From the NCBI GenBank assembly GCA_025980465.1, contig JAICXJ010000001.1, forward strand, positions 65,705 to 129,704: 64,000 bases of DNA, given 5' to 3'. This DNA is from Frankiales bacterium (GTDB taxonomy: Bacteria > Actinomycetota > Actinomycetes > JAFAQI01). Below are positions 50,184-59,900 of this stretch, one piece after another. The translations under genes were made by a program, and so were the position numbers. The notes under the pieces were generated by a model, which worked only from the letters and a program-made list of their open reading frames with translations, was not told where the DNA came from and ran no database searches. Within the stretch, counting starts at the first letter, position 1. Each line of letters begins with the position of its first letter.

Positions 50184-51107
50184 TCAGTTCTTGAGGAGGT
50201 CCGGCCGCTGCGCCGCGACCATGCGGCGCATGCCGTCCTTCCAATCAACCGTCGAGTGACCCACCAGCTCGTGCATCCGGTCGAGGTTGAGCTCGACGCT
50301 TTGCAGCGTGTTCTCGGAGACCACTAGCTTCGCCGGGATTCCGGTGAGTTCCGACAGGTACGCCGTCCAGTCCTCGACGCTGACCTTGTCATCACCGCCC
50401 CAGTTGACGAGGGTTGCCGGAACGCCGGCGATCTCGAGCAGCCGCGGGACGGTCGCCACGATGTCGTCGGAGTGCAGCGGCTGGAAGACGCTCGGCGCAT
50501 CCTCGTTGACCGCCACTTCCTGACCGGCCGCCATCTGCGCGAGATGGAACATCGGCCAGCCACCACCATCGCCGTACGGCACGTTCAGCCGGGCGATCGT
50601 CGTCGGCAGGTTGTACCGGCGAGCACCGTGTCGGGCGACCGCTTCAGCGGCGATCTTCGAGATCGAGTACGTCTCCATGAAGTACTTGCGATGGTTGTCG
50701 CCGAGCGGCGAGTCCTCGCTGAACTCGGTGTGTCCGTCTGGCTGGTAGACCGCGGTCGTCGAGCAATGGAAGAACGCCTTCACGTTCTGGTAGCGCTCCA
50801 TGAGTAACGCGAGGCCGGCCACATTGCCGTCCAGGTCGACTGACCACTTGTTGCTCTTCACCACCGCGAAGTGGCAGACGTAGTCGATGCCGTCGGGCAG
50901 GTCGTCCAGCTCGGCCTTGACCAGGTCGAACCGTACCGGCGTGACGCCGTTCTCCTCGAACACCGACCGAGCGGCAGCGTTTTTCCAGCGTGCGCCACCG
51001 AAGACCTCGTTCTCCTTGGCCAGTGCGAAGGCGACCGGCTTCGCCACCACCTCACTGGTGACGCCGGTCACGAGAATCCGCGCCCCGCTGATGGAAGTGG
51101 TCACGGC
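50184..51107 (-). CDS. NAD-dependent epimerase/dehydratase-family protein
   Basis: Rossmann ILVTGVTSEV and catalytic YSISK. GTG start at 51107. Confidence 0.75.
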   Translation of the reverse strand, partial: AVTTSISGARILVTGVTSEVVAKPVAFALAKENEVFGGARWKNAAARSVFEENGVTPVRFDLVKAELDDLPDGIDYVCHFAVVKSNKWSVDLDGNVAGLALLMERYQNVKAFFHCSTTAVYQPDGHTEFSEDSPLGDNHRKYFMETYSISKIAAEAVARHGARRYNLPTTIARLNVPYGDGGGWPMFHLAQMAAGQEVAVNEDAPSVFQPLHSDDIVATVPRLLEIAGVPATLVNWGGDDKVSVEDWTAYLSELTGIPAKLVVSENTLQSVELNLDRMHELVGHSTVDWKDGMRRMVAAQRPDLLKN

Positions 51108-52207
51108 GCCACCGCTCCGAAGTCGGTGAAGCCGCTCGGGGTGTGCCGGCCGAACGTGCCGTGCTCGAACAGCCCCCACCCGACCTGTCCGTTCATGGTC
51201 GCGCGGCCGACGTGGTCGATGACGCCGAACGGGACCCGGGCCCGGATGTGGGGGTCGTTGAAGTCGTACGACGCGCCCTCGATCCAGTCGCGGCCCTTCC
51301 AGGCGCCGTGCACCCACTCCGGATCACCGCCGTACCCACATCCGACATGCAGCGGCACGAAACCGAGCGTCTCGACCTCCATGACCACCGGCGAGCCGTC
51401 CGGCTCGGTCATCTCGATCCGGGCGTGTTCGGGATGCCGGGACGCGGGCCGGTAGGAGATCTTCGTGCGCGGCCAGCCGAGCTGGTCGATCCGGCCGTCG
51501 GGATGGATCCGGACCGCATCGTTGAGGGTGCGGTGGCCATTGCCGTCCTCCTGTGCGATGAGCACGACGGCGAAGTCATCGAACTTCACCGGCACGTACA
51601 GCCACCAGAAGCCGAAGTCGGCGGCGTTGTCCTGGGGTCGGCCGGACGGCTCCGGCTCGCCGATCGGGCGGATGCCCCAGGACCGGTCACGCGATCCCAC
51701 CCAGGTGTCGGGGGACACCGCGATGGTGTCGCCGTCGACCCGGATCTCGCCCTCCCACGTGCCGAGCTGCGCGAACCGCCAGGTGTCGAGGATCGGCCGG
51801 ATCCCAGTGCGGAGCAGGTGTCGCTCCTCGTCGACGGCCGGGAACGCGCCTCGCCAGGTCAGGTCAAACCCGATGCCATGGGCATCGGCGTCGCACACCA
51901 GGTGGATCTGTTCCAGGGGCTTCTCGACGTCGATCGAGTAGGGCCCGACCTTCATGGTGATTCGTTCGTCGTCGAGCGCGTCCGACATCCGCACGACGTG
52001 CTGTCCGACCCCACGACGGACGACGACGTAGGCATCCTTCACGCCGAGCTGCGGATAGACCCCGAGGCCGGTGATCAGGAAGATGTCGCCGGTGCGATCG
52101 TGCGCGTTGAAGTAGCACCGGTCGTAAAAGTTGCGGTCGCTGCTTGCGACGTACCGCATCGACAGCGGTGTCTGGTGCAGTGGGTATTCATCGAGTGAGA
52201 CCGGCAC
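51101..52207 (-). CDS. conserved hypothetical protein
   Basis: The 368-aa product has no motif I recognise confidently. Co-operonic with the phosphotransferase and the epimerase. Confidence 0.4.
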   Translation of the reverse strand: MPVSLDEYPLHQTPLSMRYVASSDRNFYDRCYFNAHDRTGDIFLITGLGVYPQLGVKDAYVVVRRGVGQHVVRMSDALDDERITMKVGPYSIDVEKPLEQIHLVCDADAHGIGFDLTWRGAFPAVDEERHLLRTGIRPILDTWRFAQLGTWEGEIRVDGDTIAVSPDTWVGSRDRSWGIRPIGEPEPSGRPQDNAADFGFWWLYVPVKFDDFAVVLIAQEDGNGHRTLNDAVRIHPDGRIDQLGWPRTKISYRPASRHPEHARIEMTEPDGSPVVMEVETLGFVPLHVGCGYGGDPEWVHGAWKGRDWIEGASYDFNDPHIRARVPFGVIDHVGRATMNGQVGWGLFEHGTFGRHTPSGFTDFGAVAP

Positions 52208-52216
52208 TGGTGTCCT

Positions 52217-53317
52217 CTAGATTCCGTCGAGCTCGGAGAGCAGCGTCTCCAGGTGCATCTTGTTGTGGATCAGGTCCTCGGGGTTCGCCGGCATCTTCTG
52301 CTCGCCGAAGTGCGCGCGCCGGGCGCCGGTGCGAAGGAAGACGATGCCCCATTGGATCGCGGCATAGACCATGAAGAACCGCAGGTCGCGTACCGCGTAA
52401 CCGCGCCGCGACTCGTACTGCGCCGCGACCTCGGCCGGCTGCATGAACTGTGGCATCCCTGGCAGCTCGAGCATGGTGGCGAGCGACTGGAACACCTGGT
52501 GGGCATAGACGATCCAGCCGATGTCGAGCTCGGCCGGGCCGAGGCCCGCCATCTCCCAGTCGAGCAGCGCTGCGGGGACGAAGTCCTGATAGAGAACATT
52601 GCCGATGCGTGAGTCACCCCACGAAAGCACTGTCGGCCCCTCGTGCTTCGGCCAATTGTCGGTGAGCCAGTCGAAGCCGCGCTCCACCAGTGCAGACGGT
52701 GCTCCCTCGCGAGCGACCATGTCGTACCAGGCCCGGGTGTTGGCAACGTGTCGCTGCAGATGGCTGTCGCCTGAGACCGACTTCTCCAGGAACCCGAACC
52801 GCTTGGCCGGCTCCGAGATGTCGTGCAGCATCGCGATCGCGTCGACCGTCGACGTCTGAAGCGTGCGCTGCTCCTCGGGTGTCGCGTCGTACAGCCAGTT
52901 GCCGCCGAAGGTGTAGGGCATCACGTCCGGCGGCACGATCCCGTCGACGCGGCTCATCACGAAGAACGGCGCACCCATCGGCGCAGGGTCGGTCTCGCAC
53001 CACCACATGCGCGGAACGGGCGCGAGGGTGAGCTCAGCGACGGTGCGGATGGTGTCGAACTGACCCTGGAGGTCGTACGTCGGGAAGACCGGCACGTCGG
53101 CCTGGTCCGGCGCGACCCGAGCAACGAGGCGCTCGTCGTGGCGGCCTTCGGCATCGGTCCAGCTGGCGCGGAACAGCATCGTGTCGCTGGACATCCCGTT
53201 GGCCTCGGTGCTCTCGAGATCGGCCACACTTGGCTTCGCCTCGGCGCCCAGGGTGGCTGCGAGCCATTGCTCGAGTCGCGTCCGGGCCTGTTCCGGATCG
53301 CGGCTCGAACGCTGCAT
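52217..53317 (-). CDS. phosphotransferase-family (APH/CHK kinase-like) protein
   Basis: APH-like catalytic region (LSWGDSRIGNVLY, DWEMAG). ATG at 53317; an alternative GTG at 53335 overlaps the TetR stop. Confidence 0.75.
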   Translation of the reverse strand: MQRSSRDPEQARTRLEQWLAATLGAEAKPSVADLESTEANGMSSDTMLFRASWTDAEGRHDERLVARVAPDQADVPVFPTYDLQGQFDTIRTVAELTLAPVPRMWWCETDPAPMGAPFFVMSRVDGIVPPDVMPYTFGGNWLYDATPEEQRTLQTSTVDAIAMLHDISEPAKRFGFLEKSVSGDSHLQRHVANTRAWYDMVAREGAPSALVERGFDWLTDNWPKHEGPTVLSWGDSRIGNVLYQDFVPAALLDWEMAGLGPAELDIGWIVYAHQVFQSLATMLELPGMPQFMQPAEVAAQYESRRGYAVRDLRFFMVYAAIQWGIVFLRTGARRAHFGEQKMPANPEDLIHNKMHLETLLSELDGI

Positions 53318-53331
53318 CTTGATCGGCTCGG

Positions 53332-53922
53332 TCACTGCTGCAGGACCACCGTGATGACCTTGGCGACGGCCCGGGCGAACTCCTTCGCGCCGGCCGCACC
53401 GTCGTTGAGCGCCCGGGTGAACAGCGCACCGAGCATCACGTCGAACAACGCGTCGATCGGCACCGCCGGCTCGCGTCCGGTCTTCGCGAGGTAGGCCCGG
53501 AACGACGAGCGCATTGGGGTGACACTGCGCTCGACGACCCGCTGCCACATCTCGGGATCGTTCTGATACTCGACGAGCAGCCCGGGGATCGCGGCCCGGA
53601 TCGGCGGCTCGGAGAGATAGGTGAGGATCTGCTCGCAGTAGGGCTGCAGGTCGGTGATGACGTCGCCGCTGAGTGCTTCGGGCGCCAGCAGACCGCTGGG
53701 AAACACCGCCTCCTCGATCAGCTCCGCCTTGCTCGACCACCGTCGGTAGACACTCGGAGCGCTGACGCCGGCACGGCGAGCGATCGCCTGGATGGTCGTG
53801 GCCTGGTAGCCGTCTTCGACGAGCAACTCGAGCGTGGCGCGGTGGATTGCGACGTCGACGCGAGGGTCGCGGGGGCGGCCGACCCGAGGTGACTCCTCGA
53901 ACGCGGGAGCCGGCTCGGTCAT
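53332..53922 (-). CDS. TetR-family transcriptional regulator
   Basis: HTH region TTIQAIARRAGVSAPSVYRRWSSKAELI. Confidence 0.85.
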   Translation of the reverse strand: MTEPAPAFEESPRVGRPRDPRVDVAIHRATLELLVEDGYQATTIQAIARRAGVSAPSVYRRWSSKAELIEEAVFPSGLLAPEALSGDVITDLQPYCEQILTYLSEPPIRAAIPGLLVEYQNDPEMWQRVVERSVTPMRSSFRAYLAKTGREPAVPIDALFDVMLGALFTRALNDGAAGAKEFARAVAKVITVVLQQ

Positions 53923-53972
53923 GGCGCCGACCATAAAACGTTTCGCGCTGTAACGCAATTAGCTGTGGTGAT

Positions 53973-54518
53973 CTAGAACAAGGCAGTCTGGCCTTCGGGT
54001 GTTGCCGCGCCCTCGATGCTCAACAGCCGGAGCTTGGTCGCAATGCCACCGGGAGCGGAGAAGCCGCCAAGCTTGTTGTCGGCGGCGAGCACCCGATGAC
54101 ACGGAACGATCAGTGGCACCGGGTTCGACCCCATGGCCTGGCCGACCTCGCGTGAGGCATGCGGGTTGCCGAGCCGCCTCGCGATCTCGCCGTAGGTGAT
54201 GGTGGCGCCGGGCTCGACGCCGCGAGCGACGTCGTACACGTCGCGACGGAACTGGCTGGCGTGGTCGAGATCAATCTCGATGTCACGCATCGGATCGAGT
54301 GCGCCACCGACATGAGCGCGGATCCGCGCGATCGCGGCGGCCACCTGAGGTGGTGGATCGGTCTGTTCGGCGTCGGGACAATTTCGGCGAAGTCGGCGGC
54401 GCGCAGCATCGGCATCGGGCTCAGCCATCACGACGCTGCAGATGCCCCGCGGGGTCCAGGCGAGCCCGGTTACCCCGATGGCGCTGTCGAAGACTGCGAT
54501 GCCCGCTTCGTTGCGCAC
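53973..54518 (-). CDS. ogt: methylated-DNA-[protein]-cysteine S-methyltransferase
   Basis: PCHRV active site and HTH-like C-domain. GTG at 54518 chosen because the ORF-track ATG at 54602 is back-to-back with the divergent VOC ATG. Confidence 0.75.
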   Translation of the reverse strand: MRNEAGIAVFDSAIGVTGLAWTPRGICSVVMAEPDADAARRRLRRNCPDAEQTDPPPQVAAAIARIRAHVGGALDPMRDIEIDLDHASQFRRDVYDVARGVEPGATITYGEIARRLGNPHASREVGQAMGSNPVPLIVPCHRVLAADNKLGGFSAPGGIATKLRLLSIEGAATPEGQTALF

Positions 54519-54600
54519 CGCCTCATTGTGTCCGTCCCGGCCGACAGTTTGCTTTCCAACTCGACCGCTTTTCGGGAGGATCCAGTTGAGAGGTGGCGCC

Positions 54601-55050
54601 ATGGAGCAACGGATCGACATCGTGACGCTGGGGGTTTCCGACGTCGAGGTCGCCCGCAAGTTCTACGTCGATGGTCTCGGCTGGGAGGTCGCGCTGGAGG
54701 TCCCGGGCGACGTGGTGTTCATCCAGGTCAACCACGGGCTGCTGCTGGCCTTCTACGGCGAGCACGACCTCGAGGCCGACGTGAAGCCGCACGCGCCGGA
54801 GAAGCCCGGTGACCACCCGGCGCCGATGAGCCTGGCGCAGGTTGTCGGCAGCGAGGACGAGGTGATCGCCGTCTGTGACCGGGCGCGCGACGCGGGTGGC
54901 GACATCCTCAAAGAGCCACAGCCGGCCGACTTCGGCGGTTTCCACTGCTACTTCGCCGACCCGAACGGTTTCCGCTGGGAGATCGCAACCAATCCGGGGT
55001 GGGCGGTAGCGCTCGACGGTCGAGTGACGATCGGCGTCGTCGACGACTAG
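54601..55050 (+). CDS. VOC-family (glyoxalase-like) protein
   Basis: VOC N-terminal motif in MEQRIDIVTLGVSDVEVARKFY. Confidence 0.8.
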   Translation: MEQRIDIVTLGVSDVEVARKFYVDGLGWEVALEVPGDVVFIQVNHGLLLAFYGEHDLEADVKPHAPEKPGDHPAPMSLAQVVGSEDEVIAVCDRARDAGGDILKEPQPADFGGFHCYFADPNGFRWEIATNPGWAVALDGRVTIGVVDD

Positions 55051-55081
55051 CGCCCACGCCCGGTCTCTCGCGACTACGGCT

Positions 55082-55200
55082 TGAAGGCGTCCTTGACCTT
55101 CTCGCCCGCGTCTTTGAGGTTGCCCTTCGTCTAGTCGGCTTTGCCCTCAGCCCATACGTCGGAGTTGTCAGGACGCTCGGCGCCGCGTGAGCGCGCGATT
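55082..55200 (-). pseudogene. CsbD-family stress-protein remnant with in-frame TAG
   Basis: Reverse-strand translation gives ...SDVWAEGKAD*TKGNLKDAGEKVKDAFKP*. The CsbD consensus has Q where the TAG lies. Confidence 0.55.
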
Positions 55201-55225
55201 TCCTGACAGGTCGACCGGGCGTCGG

Positions 55226-56410
55226 CTAGCTTTCAGCCCGGTCGGCTTGCAACCGTCGCAATCGCGTCCGCAAGTCGTCGATCTCGACCTCGTTGCTCGT
55301 CATCGTGATCGCGTCCTCGAACGCCGCCACTGCATCGTCGTACCGGTCGAGGCGGGCCAGCATGTGGGCGCGGGCGGCCGGCAGGTAGCTGTATCCGGCC
55401 AGCTCTGGCTCCGCGGCGACGGCATCAAGTGCATCGAGGCCGGCCTTCGGGCCCTGCGCCATGCTGACCGCCACCGCCCGGTTGAGGGCCACGACCGGCG
55501 ACGGCCAGATCTCGCACAGCTGGTCATAGAGCGACACGACCTCGTCCCAGTCGGTGTCCTCCCAGCTGGGCGCAGCGGCGTGCACCGCTGCGATCGCGGC
55601 TTGCAAGGCATAGCGACCCGGCGGACCCACCGCGATCGCCTGTCGGACGAGTGCGAGACCTTCGGCGATCGCGGCTCGGTTCCACTGGCTGCGGTCCTGT
55701 TCGTCGAGGCGCAGCATCCGTCCGGTGCGGTCGACGCGGGTCGCGTGCCGTGCATCGGTGAGCAGGATCAGTGCGAGTAGGCCGGCGACGTCGGGATTGG
55801 CCGGAAGCAACTGCCGCAGCATCCGGGCCAGATCAGTGGCCCGCTCGACGAGGTCGCGGCGTACCAGGTCAGATCCGACCGGCGCAGTGTGCCCGGTCGT
55901 GAATAGCAGATGTACGACGCCCAGCACCGCGGTAAGCCGCTCCGGCAGCTCGGCGGCGGGAGGCACCCGGTAGGGGATCTTGGCCGCCGCAATCTTCTTC
56001 TTCGACCTGGTGAGGCGCGCCGCCATTGCCTGCTCGGTCACCAGGAACGCCCGGGCCACCTCGGTGGTGGTGAGGCCGCAGAGCAACCGCAATGTCAGGG
56101 CCATCTGGGCCGGTTGCGCCAGTGCCGGGTGGCAGCAGGTGCAGATCAGCCGGAGCCGGTCGTCGGGGATCTCCCCGTCGGAGACCAGGTCTGCCGGGTC
56201 CGCGTCGACCGAGTCGTCGACGAGGAAGGGCAGCGCCCGCTTGAAGGTGGCGTCCCGCCGCAACAGGTCGAGAGCCTTACGCCGTGCGACTGTGGTGAGC
56301 CAGGCGCCGGGCCGGTCCGGAACCCCGGAGGACTGCCAGTTCGTCAACGCCTGGGCGTAGGCGTCCTGCACACACTCCTCGGCGAGATCGAGGTCGCGCG
56401 TCACGCGCAC
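55226..56410 (-). CDS. ECF-type RNA polymerase sigma factor with long C-terminal (TPR/SnoaL-like) extension
   Basis: Sigma2 region (DAYAQALTNW, TTVARRKALDLLRR), sigma4 HTH (LCGLTTTEVARAFLVTEQAMAARLTRSKKKIA) and a C-terminal extension of about 200 aa. Homology continues about 25 codons upstream (AHRREWG) with no canonical start codon. Confidence 0.75.
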   Translation of the reverse strand: MRVTRDLDLAEECVQDAYAQALTNWQSSGVPDRPGAWLTTVARRKALDLLRRDATFKRALPFLVDDSVDADPADLVSDGEIPDDRLRLICTCCHPALAQPAQMALTLRLLCGLTTTEVARAFLVTEQAMAARLTRSKKKIAAAKIPYRVPPAAELPERLTAVLGVVHLLFTTGHTAPVGSDLVRRDLVERATDLARMLRQLLPANPDVAGLLALILLTDARHATRVDRTGRMLRLDEQDRSQWNRAAIAEGLALVRQAIAVGPPGRYALQAAIAAVHAAAPSWEDTDWDEVVSLYDQLCEIWPSPVVALNRAVAVSMAQGPKAGLDALDAVAAEPELAGYSYLPAARAHMLARLDRYDDAVAAFEDAITMTSNEVEIDDLRTRLRRLQADRAES

Positions 56411-56484
56411 CGTCGCGGCGAGGACGAATCCCCACTCGCGACGGTGCGCGTCGGCGACCGCGGCCGCGACCTCGGCGGCGTCGA

Positions 56485-56832
56485 TCAGTCGAAGACCCGG
56501 ATCGGGCGGACCTCGACGCCACCGGAGGGCGCCGGGACCTGCTTGGCGATGGCGATCGCCTCGTCAAGGTCGGCCGCCTCGATCAGGTAGTAACCACCGA
56601 GGGCTTCCTTGGTCTCAGCGAACGGCCCGTCGGTGACGACGAAGTCGCCCTTGCCGTTGCTACGGATCGAGGTCGCCGTCGACACCGACTGCAGCGCGTT
56701 GCCGCCTGCGAGCGCCTTCTCGTTCTTTGCACCGAACTCCATGTGTCCGGTCATCAGCTCGTTGTAGCCCTGCTCGCCCGCGGCCTCGAGCGCACTCTCG
56801 TCCCCGTAGATCAGTACCAGGTACTGCGCCAT
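56485..56832 (-). CDS. YciI/DGPF-domain protein
   Basis: DGPFAETKE motif. The classic partner encoded upstream of ECF sigma genes. Confidence 0.75.
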   Translation of the reverse strand: MAQYLVLIYGDESALEAAGEQGYNELMTGHMEFGAKNEKALAGGNALQSVSTATSIRSNGKGDFVVTDGPFAETKEALGGYYLIEAADLDEAIAIAKQVPAPSGGVEVRPIRVFD

Positions 56833-56977
56833 GATCTGGTCCTCCCGCTGTGGCCCCGCCGATCGGGTCCGTCTTGTGTACGACGAGCCAACTCGCCGCA
56901 GTTCGACACTTTCGCACCCGAGATTGTTGACCGCTGGGCTAGCGTCGCGCCATTGGTCGTGAGTCCCACAGTGAAGG

Positions 56978-59900
56978 TTGGCGCAGGTGAGCGGAAGCCC
57001 GGGCGGGCCGGTCGGGGGATCGCGTCGGGGCGGGCCCCGCGTCGCGGGCTACCGGCGCAGTCGGGCGGTGGCGGTAGCGGCCTCGCTGGCGGTGGTCGCC
57101 GGCGCGCTCGCCGGAGGGGCCGCGGTGGCCTCGCCGGCCGCCGCTCACGCTCGGGCCTACGCAGCGGTGGGCCGGGCACCCCGGGTACCGGCCGGCGCGC
57201 GGATGATCGGCGCGACCGACCCCGGCCGGGTCATCTCCGCAGCGATCGCCCTCAAGCCACGTCATCCGCAGGCGCTCGCCGCCGCCGCGGCGGCGGTGTC
57301 CAGTCCGCGATCGCCGAGCTTCCATCACTTCCTGGCCAAAGGCGACTTCGCCGCTGCGTACGGCGCCTCGCCGGAAACGATCAAGGCGGTCTCCGCCGCC
57401 CTTACCGCCTCCCATCTCACCGTCACGAACGTCGCCCGGGACAACCTGCTGGTGCGCTTTCGCGGCACGGTCGGGGCGGCCGAGCGCGCCTTCCGTACGC
57501 GGGTCGCCGACTATCGGCTGCGCTCCGGGCGGATCGGTCGGGAGACGACCTCCGCTGCGTCGCTGCCGGCGTCGATCGCCGGTCAGGTCGAGGCGGTCGT
57601 CGGTCTCGACACGTTGCTGACGCCGACCGCCGCGCTGCGGCACGGCACCCACCCGGCGAGTCAGCAGGCAAGCGGGCCCACCCACCCGCTCGCGAACGTC
57701 ACGGCCGGCCCGCATGCGTGCGGCGCGGCGACCGATGTCGCGAAACAGCTGGGAGGTCTCACCGACGAGCAGATCGCTAATGCCTACGGGGTCACCAACC
57801 TGTACCAGGCGGGCGACGTTGCGAGCGGACAGCACATCGGCGTGTTCGAACTCGAGCCATTTTCCACGGCCGACCTGACCGCCTTCGACCGTTGCTTCTT
57901 CCCGTCGCAGTACACCGCGATGCTCGGCCGCACCCATGTCGTGACCGTCGACGGCGGCCCCGGCACCGGCCCGGGCAGCGGTGAGTCGATCCTCGACATC
58001 GAGGACGTTGAGGGGATCGCGCCGGGCGCTTCTGTCGATGTCTACGAGGCACCGAACACCTCCGTGGGCTCGCTCGACGAGTACGCCCAGATGATCAACG
58101 ACGATCAGGACAGCGTCATCTCGACGAGCTGGGGCGTGTGTGAGCTCGACGAATCACAGCTGGAGCCGGGATACATCAACATCGAGAACGAGCTGTTCGA
58201 GCAGGCTGCGCTCCAGGGTCAGACCGTTTTCTCCTCCTCCGGCGACTCGGGAGCTGACACCTGCTCCAACCAGTCCCCGACGCCGGTCCAGCCGGATCTG
58301 TCGGTGGGCGACCCGTCGAGCCAGCCCTTCGTCGTCTCGGTCGGCGGTACGACGATGAGTAACGCGGGTGTCCCGCCGACGGAGCGGGTGTGGGACGACG
58401 GCAGCGTCGCCGGCAGCACCGGCGGCGGCGTCTCGGGCGTGTGGGGGGCGCCGTCGTGGCAGGTCGCTGTCGACAGCGCCGACCGCAGCGCGGTGACTCA
58501 GGCGGTCAACGACGGACTGACCCAGTGCGCCGAGGCGGCGAGCGGCGGGCTGTGCCGACAGCTGCCGGACGTCTCCGCGGCAGCAGACGAGTACACCGGC
58601 AGCATCACCTTGTACGCCTCCAGCTTCGGTGGCTGGAGCACGATCGGTGGCACCTCGTCGGCGACCCCGTTGTGGGCCGCGATGACGGCAGAGATCAACG
58701 CCTCGTCCCAGTGCGCCGGCTCGACGCAGCCGCACGGCGGTGTCGGCTTCCTTAGCCCGTCGCTCTACGCGATCGCCGCCGTACCGAGTGAGTACTCGGC
58801 ATCGTTCAACGACGTCACCGCCGGCAACAACGACCAGTACGACGTCAACGGTGGCCGCGACTACGCCGCGGCAAAGGGTTACGACATGGCCAGTGGCCTC
58901 GGCACCCCGATTCTGGCCCACCCCGGCGGCCGGGCCGGCCTGGCCAACTATCTCTGCACCCTCGGCGCTGCATCCGTCCGACCGGCGATCACCTCGGTGA
59001 GCCCGGACGTGATCCCGGTCCATCCGACGACCCCGAACCTGGTCATCACCGGGACCGGCTTCAGTGGTGTCACGGCGGTGTCGGTCGGCGGCTACGACGT
59101 TCCGAGGTCGCACATCACCGTGACCAACGCAGGCAAGGAGATCGACGTATCGCCGGTTCCCACCGGCCCCGAGGTCGGCACCGGGAGCGCCGGACCGCAG
59201 GACGGGTCCGGCCGCCATCTCGTGATGGTCACCGGCTCGAACGGCATGACGTCGATCCCGACCGCGAGCACATCGGTGCTCTACGTCGACACGAACGGCG
59301 GCACGATCCCGTCGGTGTCCGGCACGTCCCCGTTCGGTGGCCCGATCGACGCGCCGAGCATGTCGGTGACGGTGTACGGCTCCGGCTTCAACTCCGATGG
59401 CGGGGTGACCGGGGTGACCGTCGGCGGCGTCAGCGCACCGTCTTTCACGGTGCGGTCGGACACCCAGATGTCGGTCACGATCCCGCCGTACGTGCCTGCC
59501 CTGACCGTGTGCGCTCCCGGCGACGACCCCACCAATGATGTCTGTCAGGCGCAGGTCGTGGTCGGCAATGCCAACGGTGACAGCGAGGTCGCATCCATCC
59601 TGCCGCCGTTGACCGGGACGCCGTTCGTCGGGCAGTTCGGCGGCCCGCCTCCGCAGTGCGTCCGGAACTCGACGTGCGAGGCCACGCCGGCAACGACCGA
59701 GTACGACTATCTGGTGCGACCGCATATCGACACCTTCAGCCCGGACTTCGTCAGTGAAAATCCGGGCAACGCGTCGACCGGTACGATCACCGGCCGCGGG
59801 TTTGACTCCCTCGGCTTTGCCTGGGTCGACATCGGCTCGCCGTCCGACCCAAACTCCGCCGACATCAACCTGGTGTCGATCACGCCGACCAAGGTCCAGT

